The notes beneath the pieces are model-generated. The model did not search any database and was not told the origin of the DNA. It was given only the letters and a program-made list of their open reading frames with translations. The position numbers and the translations under genes were made by a program. Below, in pieces: positions 53,570 to 64,000 of a stretch of 64,000 bases of DNA. This DNA is from Octopus vulgaris. Lineage: Eukaryota. Numbering within the stretch: position 1 is the first letter of the stretch; each line of letters starts with the position of its first letter. The DNA is taken from positions 209,932,001 through 209,996,000 of the forward strand of contig OX597815.1 of assembly GCA_951406725.2 (NCBI GenBank), written 5' to 3'.

Positions 53570-54640
53570 GAGAATAGGACAAGGTAGAAAATGGTAAGAT
53601 AAGTTTACCATAATGAACATTTTAGTACCGGTTTAAATTGTAAAGAAATTAAGTGAAATATTTTAAAATCTATTTCCATACTTTCCAAATACATGGGACA
53701 TTTTCCATTTTTCTGTCTGTCTGTCTGTTTCTCCTTTACTTTTATCAAGGCTTGGCATTTAAGTAGTAGCAGGTCTGAAAGAAAACTTAATATGAGGGTT
53801 GTGGGTTAATGGTTCTGATTATTTAAACACTCGTAGCCGAGGCAGGATACGGCGAAGAAGAAGAAGGGAGAAGGGGAAGAGAAAGAAAAAGAGTAGTAGG
53901 TTGTTGGTGAAGTACACTTAAATGGTCAAATGACATGAAATGACCTGTTGTGGTTATAGTAGTAGTGATTGAAATTATTCTGTTCTGAATATATCGTTTT
54001 TTGATATTTGCGTGGGTATTATTTTAAGGCTCTTGTATTTGTATCATTTGTGGTGGATATATTCAAAAGAGGTTAATATTCTGCAATAAAATATGACTCT
54101 TTGCTAATTCGCTGACAACAAGCTGCATCGTCCCTGAATTTATAGAGGGAAAGACTTCTGAAGTTGGGTTGTTCGTTAGTGGCGCAAATGTCGAAGTTTT
54201 CGCTGAGTGTTATTTTTCTGTATTCCCGAATTTTAATCTGGGATTCATGTAGTGTCATCCGTTGGCGTAGACTGGTTTTGGCTTGTCCTGTGTATTGCTT
54301 TCGATACTCTGACTAAGTTAATACATATATTAGGTTTTCTGAAGTACATGTGAAGTTGCTTTGCTTTTCACTGTAAAACGTTGACCCTGTTGGAATCGTC
54401 CTGTTCTGAATAAATAAGTTTTAAAATTTGCCTGGGTATTATTCTAAGACACTTGTAATGGTGTCATATGTGGTTGAGGCATTAAAAAAGGATTTATATT
54501 TTGCGATAAAATATGACTAATTATAGGTTGCATCGTCCCTGAATTTATAAAGGGGGAAAATTCTGAAGTTGGGTTGTTCATTAGTGGCGCAAATGTCGAT
54601 ATGTACGCTGAGTGCAATTTTGTTTTGTATTGCCCCAAGT
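53570..54640 (-). mobile_element. PLE 3' relic with GIY-YIG endonuclease and partial tandem duplication
   Basis: Minus 54360-54073: FTCTSENLIYVLT*SEYRKQYTGQAKTSLRQRMTLH..KESYFIAEY; 54400-54640 repeats ~53980-54230. Confidence 0.75.
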
Positions 54641-54798
54641 TGCTTCTAAATTTCAAAAACCTCATTAATAATTACAAGATATACAAACTTTTCGCAAGCA
54701 GTTTTCTTGAAAACTTAAGCCCAGTATATATACATGCGTGTATATATACGCATGTCTATAAATCATCAGATATATATAAATATACATATATATATATG

Positions 54799-54853
<55 letters not shown>

Positions 54854-55617
54854 CATTGGGGTTTTGACAAGTGTCGTTCTTACAGGACTTATATATGCCC
54901 GAAAATGAATACTGGAACCATTTTTACCACTGATTAGGTAATATATCTTATGTAGCTACTTGGCAAAGTAATTCGTTACAAAGATCTCTTTTGAATTATC
55001 TTATCCAAGCAAGCAATAAAAATAAAAATAAATCCTACAAAAGGATGAAAGATACTCAAAACCATATTTAAGTTGGCCCTACTTTGTTATATAATTTATA
55101 TCATACAGAGCGGCTTCCTGCTAAATATTACAAGACTCATGATGCTTGATTAAATGAACATACAGAATAGTTTGAATTATAAACAATACCGAATTCAAGT
55201 TATATTCTGACTTTATTTTTCGTATTTTCTGAATGTTGTACTGATATTTAATGTTTGTTCGTGCAAAATATGGAAATACACAGAAGATGAGATTTGACTA
55301 TACAAGTGTAAAGGAATATACATTTTCATAGGACTTTCATCTCTTTGTCATATTTCAGTGATGACCGCAGCCTGCCGCCTTTCCTCATCTTTCCCATTCT
55401 ACTTCCTAAAATTGACATCGTGAAATGTCACCAGCCCTCGAGAGAAAATGTGTTTATTTACAAATATGTCGATAAGTATACAATGCGAAAGGAAAGAAGA
55501 GAAGAAAAGAAGGAAGAAAAGAGAAAAATGGTTTGCAAGGAAATCTCAATGGAATGACCACATCAAATTGAAAAGTAACCTCTCTCTCTCTCTCTCTCCA
55601 TCCATCTACCTATCTAT

Positions 55618-55697
<80 letters not shown>

Positions 55698-55704
55698 ATA
55701 TATC

Positions 55705-55845
55705 TTTTTTTTGTCTCTTTCTCTCCTTTTACGATCCCTTTTGATCGAAACTCCCCCTTCCTTTTTTTTTAAACCTTCAAAAGAAAAGCTCTACCTTGTA
55801 ATTTGTTCTATCTGTGTGCAGCCCTGTGTGGCTAATAAAGAAACA
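55705..55845 (+). mobile_element. (TATC)n-inserted retroelement 3' end, copy 2
   Basis: Same 3' sequence as 51549-51823, shorter 5' end, (TATC)n on both sides. Confidence 0.8.
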
Positions 55846-55911
<66 letters not shown>

Positions 55912-56085
55912 ATACACTTGCTTATTGCTCATACACTTGTCTTTGTCTTTTGTTCTTCTATAAATTTCAACTATATATATATAGGCAGAAACAAGGAAAA
56001 TACCACTTATATTTGAACACTATACCAATATTCTTTTAAAAAAACTTTTCTTTTAATTTTTCTAAATTTAATTATTTAATCATTA

Positions 56086-56123
56086 CAGTTGAAAAGGTCT
56101 CAAAATTACTGAAACCGGTACTG
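56086..56123 (+). ncRNA. Minimal hammerhead motif, U3-A8 variant
   Basis: CAG-TTGAAAA-GGT(CTCAAAATT)ACT-GAAA-CCGG-TA-CTG; palindromic ACCGGT; within a ~190-bp insert bounded by (TA)n. Confidence 0.55.
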
Positions 56124-56221
56124 AAATGTTCTTTATAAAATTAGTTTAGCATTTTCTATCTTGAATTGTTTTTCCATATATATATACATACATATGAATT
56201 TTATTGCAATCTATCTATCTA

Positions 56222-56426
56222 CCCACATACCTTTTTTTTTTTTTTCCTCTCCCCCTTTTTTTTTTTAACCCCCTTTTTTTTGTCCTCTTTCTCTCCTTTT
56301 ACGATCCCTTTTGATCGAAACTCCCCCTTCCTTTTTTTTTTTTTTTTTTTTAAACCTTCAAAAGAAAAGCTCTACCTTGTAATTTGTTCTATCTGTGTGC
56401 AGCCCTGTGTGGCTAATAAAGAAACA
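56222..56426 (+). mobile_element. (TATC)n-inserted retroelement 3' end, copy 3
   Basis: Near-identical to copy 2; (TATC)n on both sides. Confidence 0.8.
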
Positions 56427-56504
56427 TATCTATCTATCTATCTATCTATTTATCTATCTATCTATTTATCTATCTATCTATTTATCTATCTATTTATCTA
56501 TCTA

Positions 56505-56586
<82 letters not shown>

Positions 56587-56775
56587 CCTATCTGCCTGAC
56601 TATCTATCTATCTATCTATCCTTTCCGCATCGTTTATTAACTTTTTCCTCTTTTTGATTGTCCCGAAACCTCTCAATTTTTCTCCCCACTTTATTTTCTT
56701 TCTCTCTTTCCACCCCTCTCCACAAAATATTTTCCTCCTAAACAAACTAAAAAAATACATCCGATTCATATAAAA

Positions 56776-57112
56776 CATAGGTTCTCAAAGTGAGCCTTAC
56801 TGCCCTCCAGTAGGCGTTGAGACGATCTAGGTGGCGGGCGCAGGTGCCTAGGGAGGTAGTGTGAGCAGGGGCGGTAGAGAAAAAGGAGACGCTGGGAAGA
56901 AGGCAGTGAATTGGGGGACGATATGAATTTATTAGGATATTATTATATATACTATATACAAATTATATAGTATTATATTAAACACCAAGTGGTTCACAGT
57001 ATATATGAATTAGTAAAATATTAAATACTTATACATTAAAATAGGGAGGGGGCACTGAGTATATAATGTGGCCATGAGGGGGACGGTGGCCCAAAATGTT
57101 TCAGAATCTCTG
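56776..57112. mobile_element. hAT (Charlie-like) MITE
   Basis: Degenerate TIRs CATAGGTTCTCAAA / TTTCAGAATCTCTG, GC-rich subterminal blocks, 8-bp flanks ATATAAAA / GTATAAAT. Confidence 0.7.
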
Positions 57113-57254
57113 GTATAAATGAACAAGGAAAGGTTCCGTTTTTACCATTTCGATTTTGTCTTCATAAGTTGGATAAACGAACGAAAACGCTAATTTAGAA
57201 TTATCCAGGATTCTAAATGCTGCCTCCTTTTTCTCAACATATAAATGTATATAC

Positions 57255-57263
<9 letters not shown>

Positions 57264-57318
<55 letters not shown>
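57264..57318. repeat. (TG)n microsatellite
   Basis: Seen directly. Confidence 0.95.
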
Positions 57319-57321
<3 letters not shown>

Positions 57322-57862
57322 CTTGTGTGTGTATGGGTGTGTGTCTGTGTGTGGATCTCAGATTATATATATTAATAGCAGAAAAAGTATTCGGAATTTA
57401 GAGAATTCCTATTTATTGAGTGCTTTCAACTTTTTACCTCCGGCAGTGATTGGTAACGATGAATCTCTCAAATCTAAATTTTGTTAATGTTAAACGGTGA
57501 ATGTATAATAGTTTTCTAGACAGTGTAGACTTTGATGAATGGTTTCTTTTAATAAAAATTAAGCACGCCAAACAAATTAATAAGCAGCTTTCTTTATTAT
57601 AGTATAAATGTCGTAAACAGTTACATTGTTTAAAACGTGAGAACAACAAACGCTATACTATTAAATTACTAATATATAACCATATTATTAAATTATAATT
57701 GTCTCACAAAAATTTATGTAATCATTTTTAGTAATCGTGTTCCAAATGCACAGTACAGAAGATAAATCTTCGTTCATATAGATCGACATATAAATAGCTA
57801 CATGACATAGCTACATGACATAGCTATATAGATAGCTATATAGATAGCTATATAGATAGATC

Positions 57863-58100
57863 AGTTTCTTTATTGGCCACACAGGTCTGCACACAGATGG
57901 GACAAGTTACAAGATAGAGCTTTTCTTTTGGGTGATGAAAAAAACAAAAAACAAAAGAAACAAAAAGAAGGTGGCGTAGGTTTTCGATCAAAAGGGATCG
58001 TAAAAGGGAAAAGAGAACAAAAAAAAAAAGGAAAAGAAAAAAAGAAAAAGGGAAAAGGAACAAAAGAAAAAAAATGAAAAAAGAAGAAAAAGGAGGAAAA
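57863..58100 (-). mobile_element. (TATC)n-inserted retroelement 3' end, copy 4
   Basis: Reverse-complement homolog; GATA-type repeats on both sides, same orientation relative to the microsatellite. Confidence 0.78.
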
Positions 58101-58153
<53 letters not shown>

Positions 58154-58201
58154 CGGATAGACAAACAAATAGATATGGCAGTGTCTATACACACACACAC
58201 A

Positions 58202-59160
58202 TAGGAGGGTCCGTACCGAAAATAATGCAATAGCTATCGAATTTTTTTAGTTGAAATATATTTTTAAATTTGCGTATTTTGGAGGAGTACTTCATCATTT
58301 ATGGAAACTATTCTTGCATTAATTCTTCACTACTATTAACTTATAAGCTCTGAGCAGAAGTAGCGTGCCGCCAGTGAATTATTGACAGAAAGAATCTACA
58401 AATTACCCATGGAGAGATATCATTGACAATATCATTTGCAAAGATAGTTGAAGATGTTTAAAGAAAGAAAAACCGTCACTGAAGGCAGACAAATCATTCA
58501 GTACGGGATTATCGACTGACACAAATTGATGTAAATGGACAGTGCAGTTACAAACTGATATATTTTGACGAAGTGGGTTATAGTCAAAGTGCATTACAAG
58601 AGATGTTTGGAGGCTTTGAGTATTGAAAAATATATGCTCAGTAGGAGGTCGGCTTCCAACTGGAATTAAATAATGGTGGAAATATATTCTGATCTGCTGG
58701 AATACGTTGATGAAAGTAAATGGAATTTGGTCACAAGGCATGAAATGTGGTGGTAATACTATGAACCGGAAAGAAAGGCGCAGTTCATGAAATGGTGTCA
58801 CACATCATCTTCAAAGCCTACGAATGTTGGGCACCTGCAATTGGCAAAAAATGCCATGATGACCGTTATGTAGAATGACAAATTTGTTATTCTCCTTGAT
58901 TTTCTGAAACATGGTCCGCATGAGAACAGCAAGCGATACCGTGGGATATTCAATAAGGCGAGAGGGGGAGTTAGGAGGAAGAAGTTGAAAAAGGATCAGC
59001 GTTCACCATGCGACACAAACTTGGAAAAAAATGAAGCAAATGAAAACTGTAGCAAGTAAATTAGGCCCCATCCACGATACGTCCAGATCCGGTGCCCTCA
59101 TATATTTACATGTCTCATCTAATAAAAGAATATTGGGGTCAGTAATGTGATGATACACAG
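58202..59160 (+). mobile_element. Decayed mariner transposon
   Basis: VTRHEMWW*YYEPERKAQFMKW (cf. TGDETWxxxYEPETKxQSMEW), MMTVM*NDKFVILLDFLKHG, broken HPxYSPDLAPS at ~59068-59105. Confidence 0.75.
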
Positions 59161-59174
59161 ACTTTTTTTATCAT

Positions 59175-59543
59175 TTTTTTTAAGCATTCCGTCGGTTACG
59201 ACGACGAGGGTTCCGGTTGATCCGAATCAACGGAACAGCCTGCTCGTGAAATTAACGTGTAAGTGGCTGAGCACTCCACAGACACGTGTACACTTAACGT
59301 AGTTCTCGGGGATATTCAGCGTGACACAGAGAGTGACAAGGCCGGCCCTTTGAAATACAGGTACAACAGAAACAGGAAGTAAGAGTGAGAGAAAGTTTGT
59401 GGTGAAAGAGTACAGCAGGAGCCTTGTGGAGCTTTTAGGTGTTTTCGCTCAATAAACACTCACAACGCCCGGTCTGGGAATCGAAACCGCGATCCTATGA
59501 CCGCGAGTCCGCTGCTCTAACCACTGGTCCATTGCGCCTCCAC
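59175..59543 (-). mobile_element. Full-length SINE family C
   Basis: Homolog of 11155-11541 with a ~22-bp internal deletion, short poly(A) and probable TSD T(T/C)TTTATCAT. Confidence 0.92.
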
Positions 59544-59801
59544 TCTTTATCATAGCATAGCTGTGAATAAGCAGATTTCTAAACATTTTCAAAGAGAATT
59601 AGAGAATCAAATTCAACCATGGCACTGATGCATTCTTTGTGCTGAACACTGTCAAGCACTACCTTGTATAGAGCAATTGCTTCAAACAAGATGTGGAATT
59701 TGAACGAGTTACGCCAGTTAATAAAAATGTTATGCAAATGCTTGTATTGCTTTCGATACAAACCTCGTAGCAACAAAACTGTTAACAATATTATTTATAT
59801 T

Positions 59802-59985
59802 AAGGTGACGAACTGACAGAATCAAGGCAAAATGTTTTGCGGCATTTCTGAGTTCAGATTCCGCGGAGGTCGACTTTGCCTTTTATCCTTCCGACTCGAT
59901 AAAATAATCACCAGCTGGGCACTGGAGACGATATTATCGACAAACCGATCTTTCTGTCCTTCTGCCAAAATTTGAAACCATTATT
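59802..59985 (+). mobile_element. Old SINE family B copy
   Basis: AAGGTGACGAACTGACAGAATC..CTGAGTTCAGATTCCGCGGAGGTCGACTTTGCC. Confidence 0.75.
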
Positions 59986-60080
59986 ATTTTTATTATCACA
60001 AATACTATTATTATCAATATGCATAATATATGTGTGTGTGGGCTTATGCATTTATTCATACGCCACACATTATATTTAAA

Positions 60081-60439
60081 ACAAGAAATCTCACAGAACG
60101 CAAACCTCCGCCAAGGCAACACCAACGACCTCTCAACGATTAGCCAGCGATGATTTTTAAAATGAGAATATCTGAAATAAACTCTACTGCTCTCACAAAC
60201 GAGAATACTAAAAATGAATCTGACCGCTCCCAAAAATTAAGTTTAAAAACAAGAAAAATAATCCAGAATTGATCCCAAAATCTAATCGGCTCCTGCCTCT
60301 CACGAGGCCAAACATCCCTGAGAGTTTTATCCGAGTCCATCCAGCGATTCTTGAGATATTTTGTCCGCGGACAAACAAGCGAACAAACGAACAAACACGA
60401 CTGAAAATTATACCTCAACCTTCACTAAGGCGGAGGTAA
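60081..60439 (-). mobile_element. Helentron-associated (DINE-1-like) non-autonomous element
   Basis: Minus strand starts TTACCTCCGCC followed by a (GTTY)n tract and ends GGCGGAGGT plus a short subterminal segment before a T run: asymmetric subterminal inverted repeats. Confidence 0.7.
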
Positions 60440-61054
60440 AAATATATATGCACTGTCACTCATTCTCTAAAACTAAGCTTAAGAACTCAGCCTTTCTGGT
60501 AGATTACATCCTCTAAAATCCAAACTTAGAAGGAGTAATATGTACATCTTACATTTAGCTTGGCTGAAACAAGTATATCCGAAAGTATATGTCGGGGAAC
60601 ACTTGAAGTGTTAAGGACTTATCGTAACTTATAAAGCAAAAAAAAAAAAAAAAAAAAGAAATGAAAAAGGGAAATGATTTTTGCGTTTCAATTCGGATAT
60701 CAATTCTCTTAAAGATTAAGTTATTATACGTTGCAAAATAATCCTTTTATCTATTGAAAATATTAACGTAATAACATTGAAAATAATAACAAGTGTGTTG
60801 TCATAAGATTATTCTGTATACTGCTTGCGTTAATTTTGATTAATTTTAATTATAACTGTATCACCATTATCACATCATAAATCTGCATTAAGAATGTAAC
60901 AGCGTTAGTAATTTAACAAAATTAAGATATGAATTACATTTCCTATTACGCTTCATTACTGTCATTAGTTGTCTGTTCATTAAGAATTCTTAATACTTAT
61001 TTTATATGTTTAAGTCATATTAACGTCTGCTAAATAGACACAATAAACAGAGTG

Positions 61055-61085
<31 letters not shown>

Positions 61086-61095
61086 CGTGTGTGCG

Positions 61096-61127
<32 letters not shown>

Positions 61128-61629
61128 CGTGCGTGCGTGTGTATAAATTGTTTGAAGTGATGTACAGGTTTATATGTTATGGAAAACGGGTGGTCAGAAT
61201 TTTGGACAATTCTTTATTAGCGCTTTCGCATTATTCACGGAGACTCTTTTGATACAGACGCAACACGGACTACGTTTTGAGGATTTTTGAATAAATTCTT
61301 CAGAAGTAACTCAGTAACTTTACCATTAATTCCATGAAATATTCACGGGTCTCACTGGTTATAATTATATTGTTGCTGCGTCATCCCAGTGCAGCTCTGT
61401 ACAATGTCGTAAAACTGCTGCTGCATGTTGGAATCCCTGTATGTACCCGACATAATAAAATAGGAGCTTGTATATGCGAACTCAAAAACGTTTATCGAAA
61501 ACAAAATTAAAGGATATATATGTACACACACACGCAAATATATAAATATACATACATATGTATATAGGTTATGAGAGGTGATAAATATAAGACATTGAGA
61601 TAGATAAAAAAAATCTATATAAAGGGTAC

Positions 61630-61797
61630 GGAGGAGTGGCTGTGTGGTAAGTAGCTTGCTTACGAACCATATGTTTCCGGGTTCAGTCCTACTGCGTGGC
61701 ACCATGGGCAAGTGTCTTCTGCTATAGCCTCGGGCCGACCAAAGCCTTCTGAGTGGATTTGGTAGACGGAAACTGAAAGAAGCATGTCGTATATATT

Positions 61798-61843
<46 letters not shown>

Positions 61844-62085
61844 TGTGTGTGCGTGTGCGTTTGTTTGTGTATCTGTGTTTGTCCTCCCAACATCGCTTGG
61901 CAACCGATGCTCGTGTGTTTACGTCCCCGTCAATTAGCGGTTCGGCAAGAGAACCGATAGAATAAGTACTCGGCTTACAAAGAATAAGTCCTGGAGTCGA
62001 TTTGCTCGACTAAAGGCGGTGTTCCAGCATGGCCGCAGTCAAATGACTGAAACAAATAAAAGAAAAAAAGAAAAAAGAAAAATAC
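61630..62085 (+). mobile_element. SINE family A
   Basis: Head GGAGTGGCTGTGTGGTAAGTAGC to tail GACTGAAACAAATAAAAG; A-rich end. Confidence 0.9.
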
Positions 62086-62599
62086 AAGCAACATAGGAAG
62101 CGAACCCACATACACACACGAACACACAGTAACTTCACAGACGGTCGCAACAGTATCAACGACAAGACTAACAACGACAGCAGCAACAGTGGTGACATAT
62201 ATGGCAATAACAACTCCACGACGGCGAACACATACACAAACACAAAGATACAGGAACTTACTAAATTTCGTGTCCTCGAAGAGCAGCGGTAACAATGGGG
62301 GACGCAAACGGGTAACAAACGCGGACGCAAACGCATGCGCATATAAGGATACACGTCATAGAAGGACAGAATGAAATAAGTGGAGCAGGAGCAAACTCGG
62401 AGACTGAAAGTGTCACTGAAGAGGTCAAAGATGTGTGACGAAAGATTTCCAATGGGCATGAGTTAGAATAAGAACAGTAATAGACGAGTGAAGAACGAAT
62501 ATATAGTGTATATGTTTATTCGGCAAAAAAGTGACCGTCCCGAAATACAACAATATCTGTTTCACCACACGATATCACATCAGGAGTATTGCAACAAAA

Positions 62600-62602
<3 letters not shown>

Positions 62603-62668
<66 letters not shown>

Positions 62669-62711
62669 CTTATATATATATATACATATATATATAAACT
62701 TATATATATAT

Positions 62712-62782
<71 letters not shown>

Positions 62783-62842
62783 AACTTATATATATATACA
62801 TATATATATATATATGTATATATATAAGGTTATATATATATA

Positions 62843-62888
<46 letters not shown>
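62603..62888. repeat. Compound (TA)n with recurring AACTT/AAACTT interruptions
   Basis: Seen directly. Confidence 0.9.
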
Positions 62889-63450
62889 AGAAATTAAAAA
62901 AGGAAAATACGCACATTTACATGGTTTTAATATAATTTTTAATATATCGACCGGTTTCGCAATCGCTATTCATGATATAATGTTTAATTTTTATGAATAT
63001 ATATTTTTTTCTTAAGAAGAAATTTGGTCCATGTTGTTTGTAATGAAATTCACGAGTGAATGACTTTACAACTTGTCAAGTAAAGGGAGGTAATTGGTTG
63101 TTATTATTGTTATTGTTGTGTGTAAGGGAGATAAGTATTTAGGTTTTGGGTGGGGAATAAATATATGTACAGAAAGGAGACAGATTTAAAAAAAAGGGAC
63201 CTTGTTTAGTAGGGGATTTATGTACAGTGATGTAATATGTAAAATTATAAAAGTTGGTTATGCGTGCTTATTAAGACGCGTTTTGTATTTTTCAATGAAA
63301 AAAGTTTCTTTATTTAAACGTTCTAGTTGAGAGATTGTGTCTTTGCACTGGTAGAAAGGGAAGACTGTAAAATTTGGTTTGATGTTACCTGCACATTTTT
63401 CTATGTGCACCACGACGTGGGGACAACTGAAATTCTTCTTTTCTGTTACT
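62889..63450 (-). mobile_element. PLE 3' end: GIY-YIG C-terminus, 3' UTR and HHR, in (TA)n
   Basis: VHIEKCAGNIKPNFTVFPFYQCK..RLNKETFFIEKYKTRLN* (stop at 63258), similar to the 54.1 kb relic; HHR ~280 nt downstream. Confidence 0.78.
62943..62979 (-). ncRNA. Minimal type I hammerhead, A3-U8 core variant
   Basis: TATATC-ATGAATA-GC(GATT)GC-GAAA-CCGG-TC-GATATA: perfect 6-bp stem I, 2-bp stem II, palindromic ACCGGT, GUC site. Confidence 0.65.
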
Positions 63451-63467
63451 ACTATATATATATATAT

Positions 63468-63650
63468 ATAGTTGAAATTCCTAGAAGAACAAAAGACAAA
63501 GACAAGTGTTCGAGCAATAAGCAAGTGTATTAGTTTGACGCTCGGGAGAAATGAAAAAATCCTTTACGTTTTGAGCCTACGCTCTTCAACAAAAAGGAAT
63601 AAGAGAAAATAAATAGAGAGAGAGAATGAAAACATAAACGACATGGTGAA
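63468..63650 (-). mobile_element. PLE-type 3' end with HHR-like motif, between (TA)n tracts
   Basis: Minus CCTTT-TTGTTGA-A-GAGC(GTAG)GCTC-AAAACGTA-AAGG plus family tail as at 36.6, 37.5 and 55.9 kb. Confidence 0.6.
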
Positions 63651-64000
63651 ACATATATATATATAGGTTGATCCGAAAAGTTCCCGGCAAAGGAAGTCAG
63701 TAAGCATTAACAATGTACATAAATTCTATAGCTGACAAAATACGGATAGTATACGATAAAGTAAACTTAGTAACTAAATGTATTTCGTCACAAATCGGAA
63801 TCAATAGAAATTCCAATAAGTTGACAGCCACGATACACTTTATACCCTATATATTAACACGTCTCTATTTTCCATAGTTTATGAATAGAGATAACGTTTA
63901 TTTATGCGTTTATACTTATAACATTTTGAATTTGGTATGTGATTTTTTTATATTTGTCGCGCCTATTTTTATTTTTCATATATATTTTCACGGAACATCT

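Noticed and set aside
54860-54915. TTGACAA..CCCGAAAATG possible U3-A8 hammerhead beside (TA)n
   Set aside because: Stems I and III cannot be drawn convincingly
51692-56657. Recurring '[25 protein letters not shown]' peptides
   Set aside because: Translation of the (TATC)n-inserted repeat and the microsatellite
63664-63690. TAGGTTGATCCGAAAAGTTCCCGG resembling a mariner TIR
   Set aside because: No partner TIR or transposase sequence within the window

Overview
Eukaryotic, AT-rich, repeat-dominated DNA with no recognisable host protein-coding exon. The tRNA-derived SINE families, microsatellite load and decayed TE mix look like an octopus (cephalopod) intron or intergenic region; this is from recall, not a search. 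Almost all listed ORFs are microsatellite/SINE artefacts or TE relics. The window holds four SINE families (labelled A-D here), four mariner relics, an internally deleted Tx1/L1-clade LINE, RTE, RLE-type and other LINE relics, Penelope-like element (PLE) fragments, a hAT MITE, a Helentron-type element and Helitron-like ends. Main unexplained signal: about a dozen small hammerhead-ribozyme (HHR) motifs, mostly in short elements lodged in or next to (TA)n tracts, several in fold-back (inverted-repeat) units. Their cores covary at the 3-8 pair (C-G, U-A, A-U), and one family has a pyrimidine at position 6. Also notable: a retroelement 3' end found only inside (TATC)n, a SINE with a LINE-like tail nested in its own family, a ~143-bp target-site duplication and an RTE with twin-priming-like 5' inversion. 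All calls were made by eye; boundaries of decayed elements are approximate.
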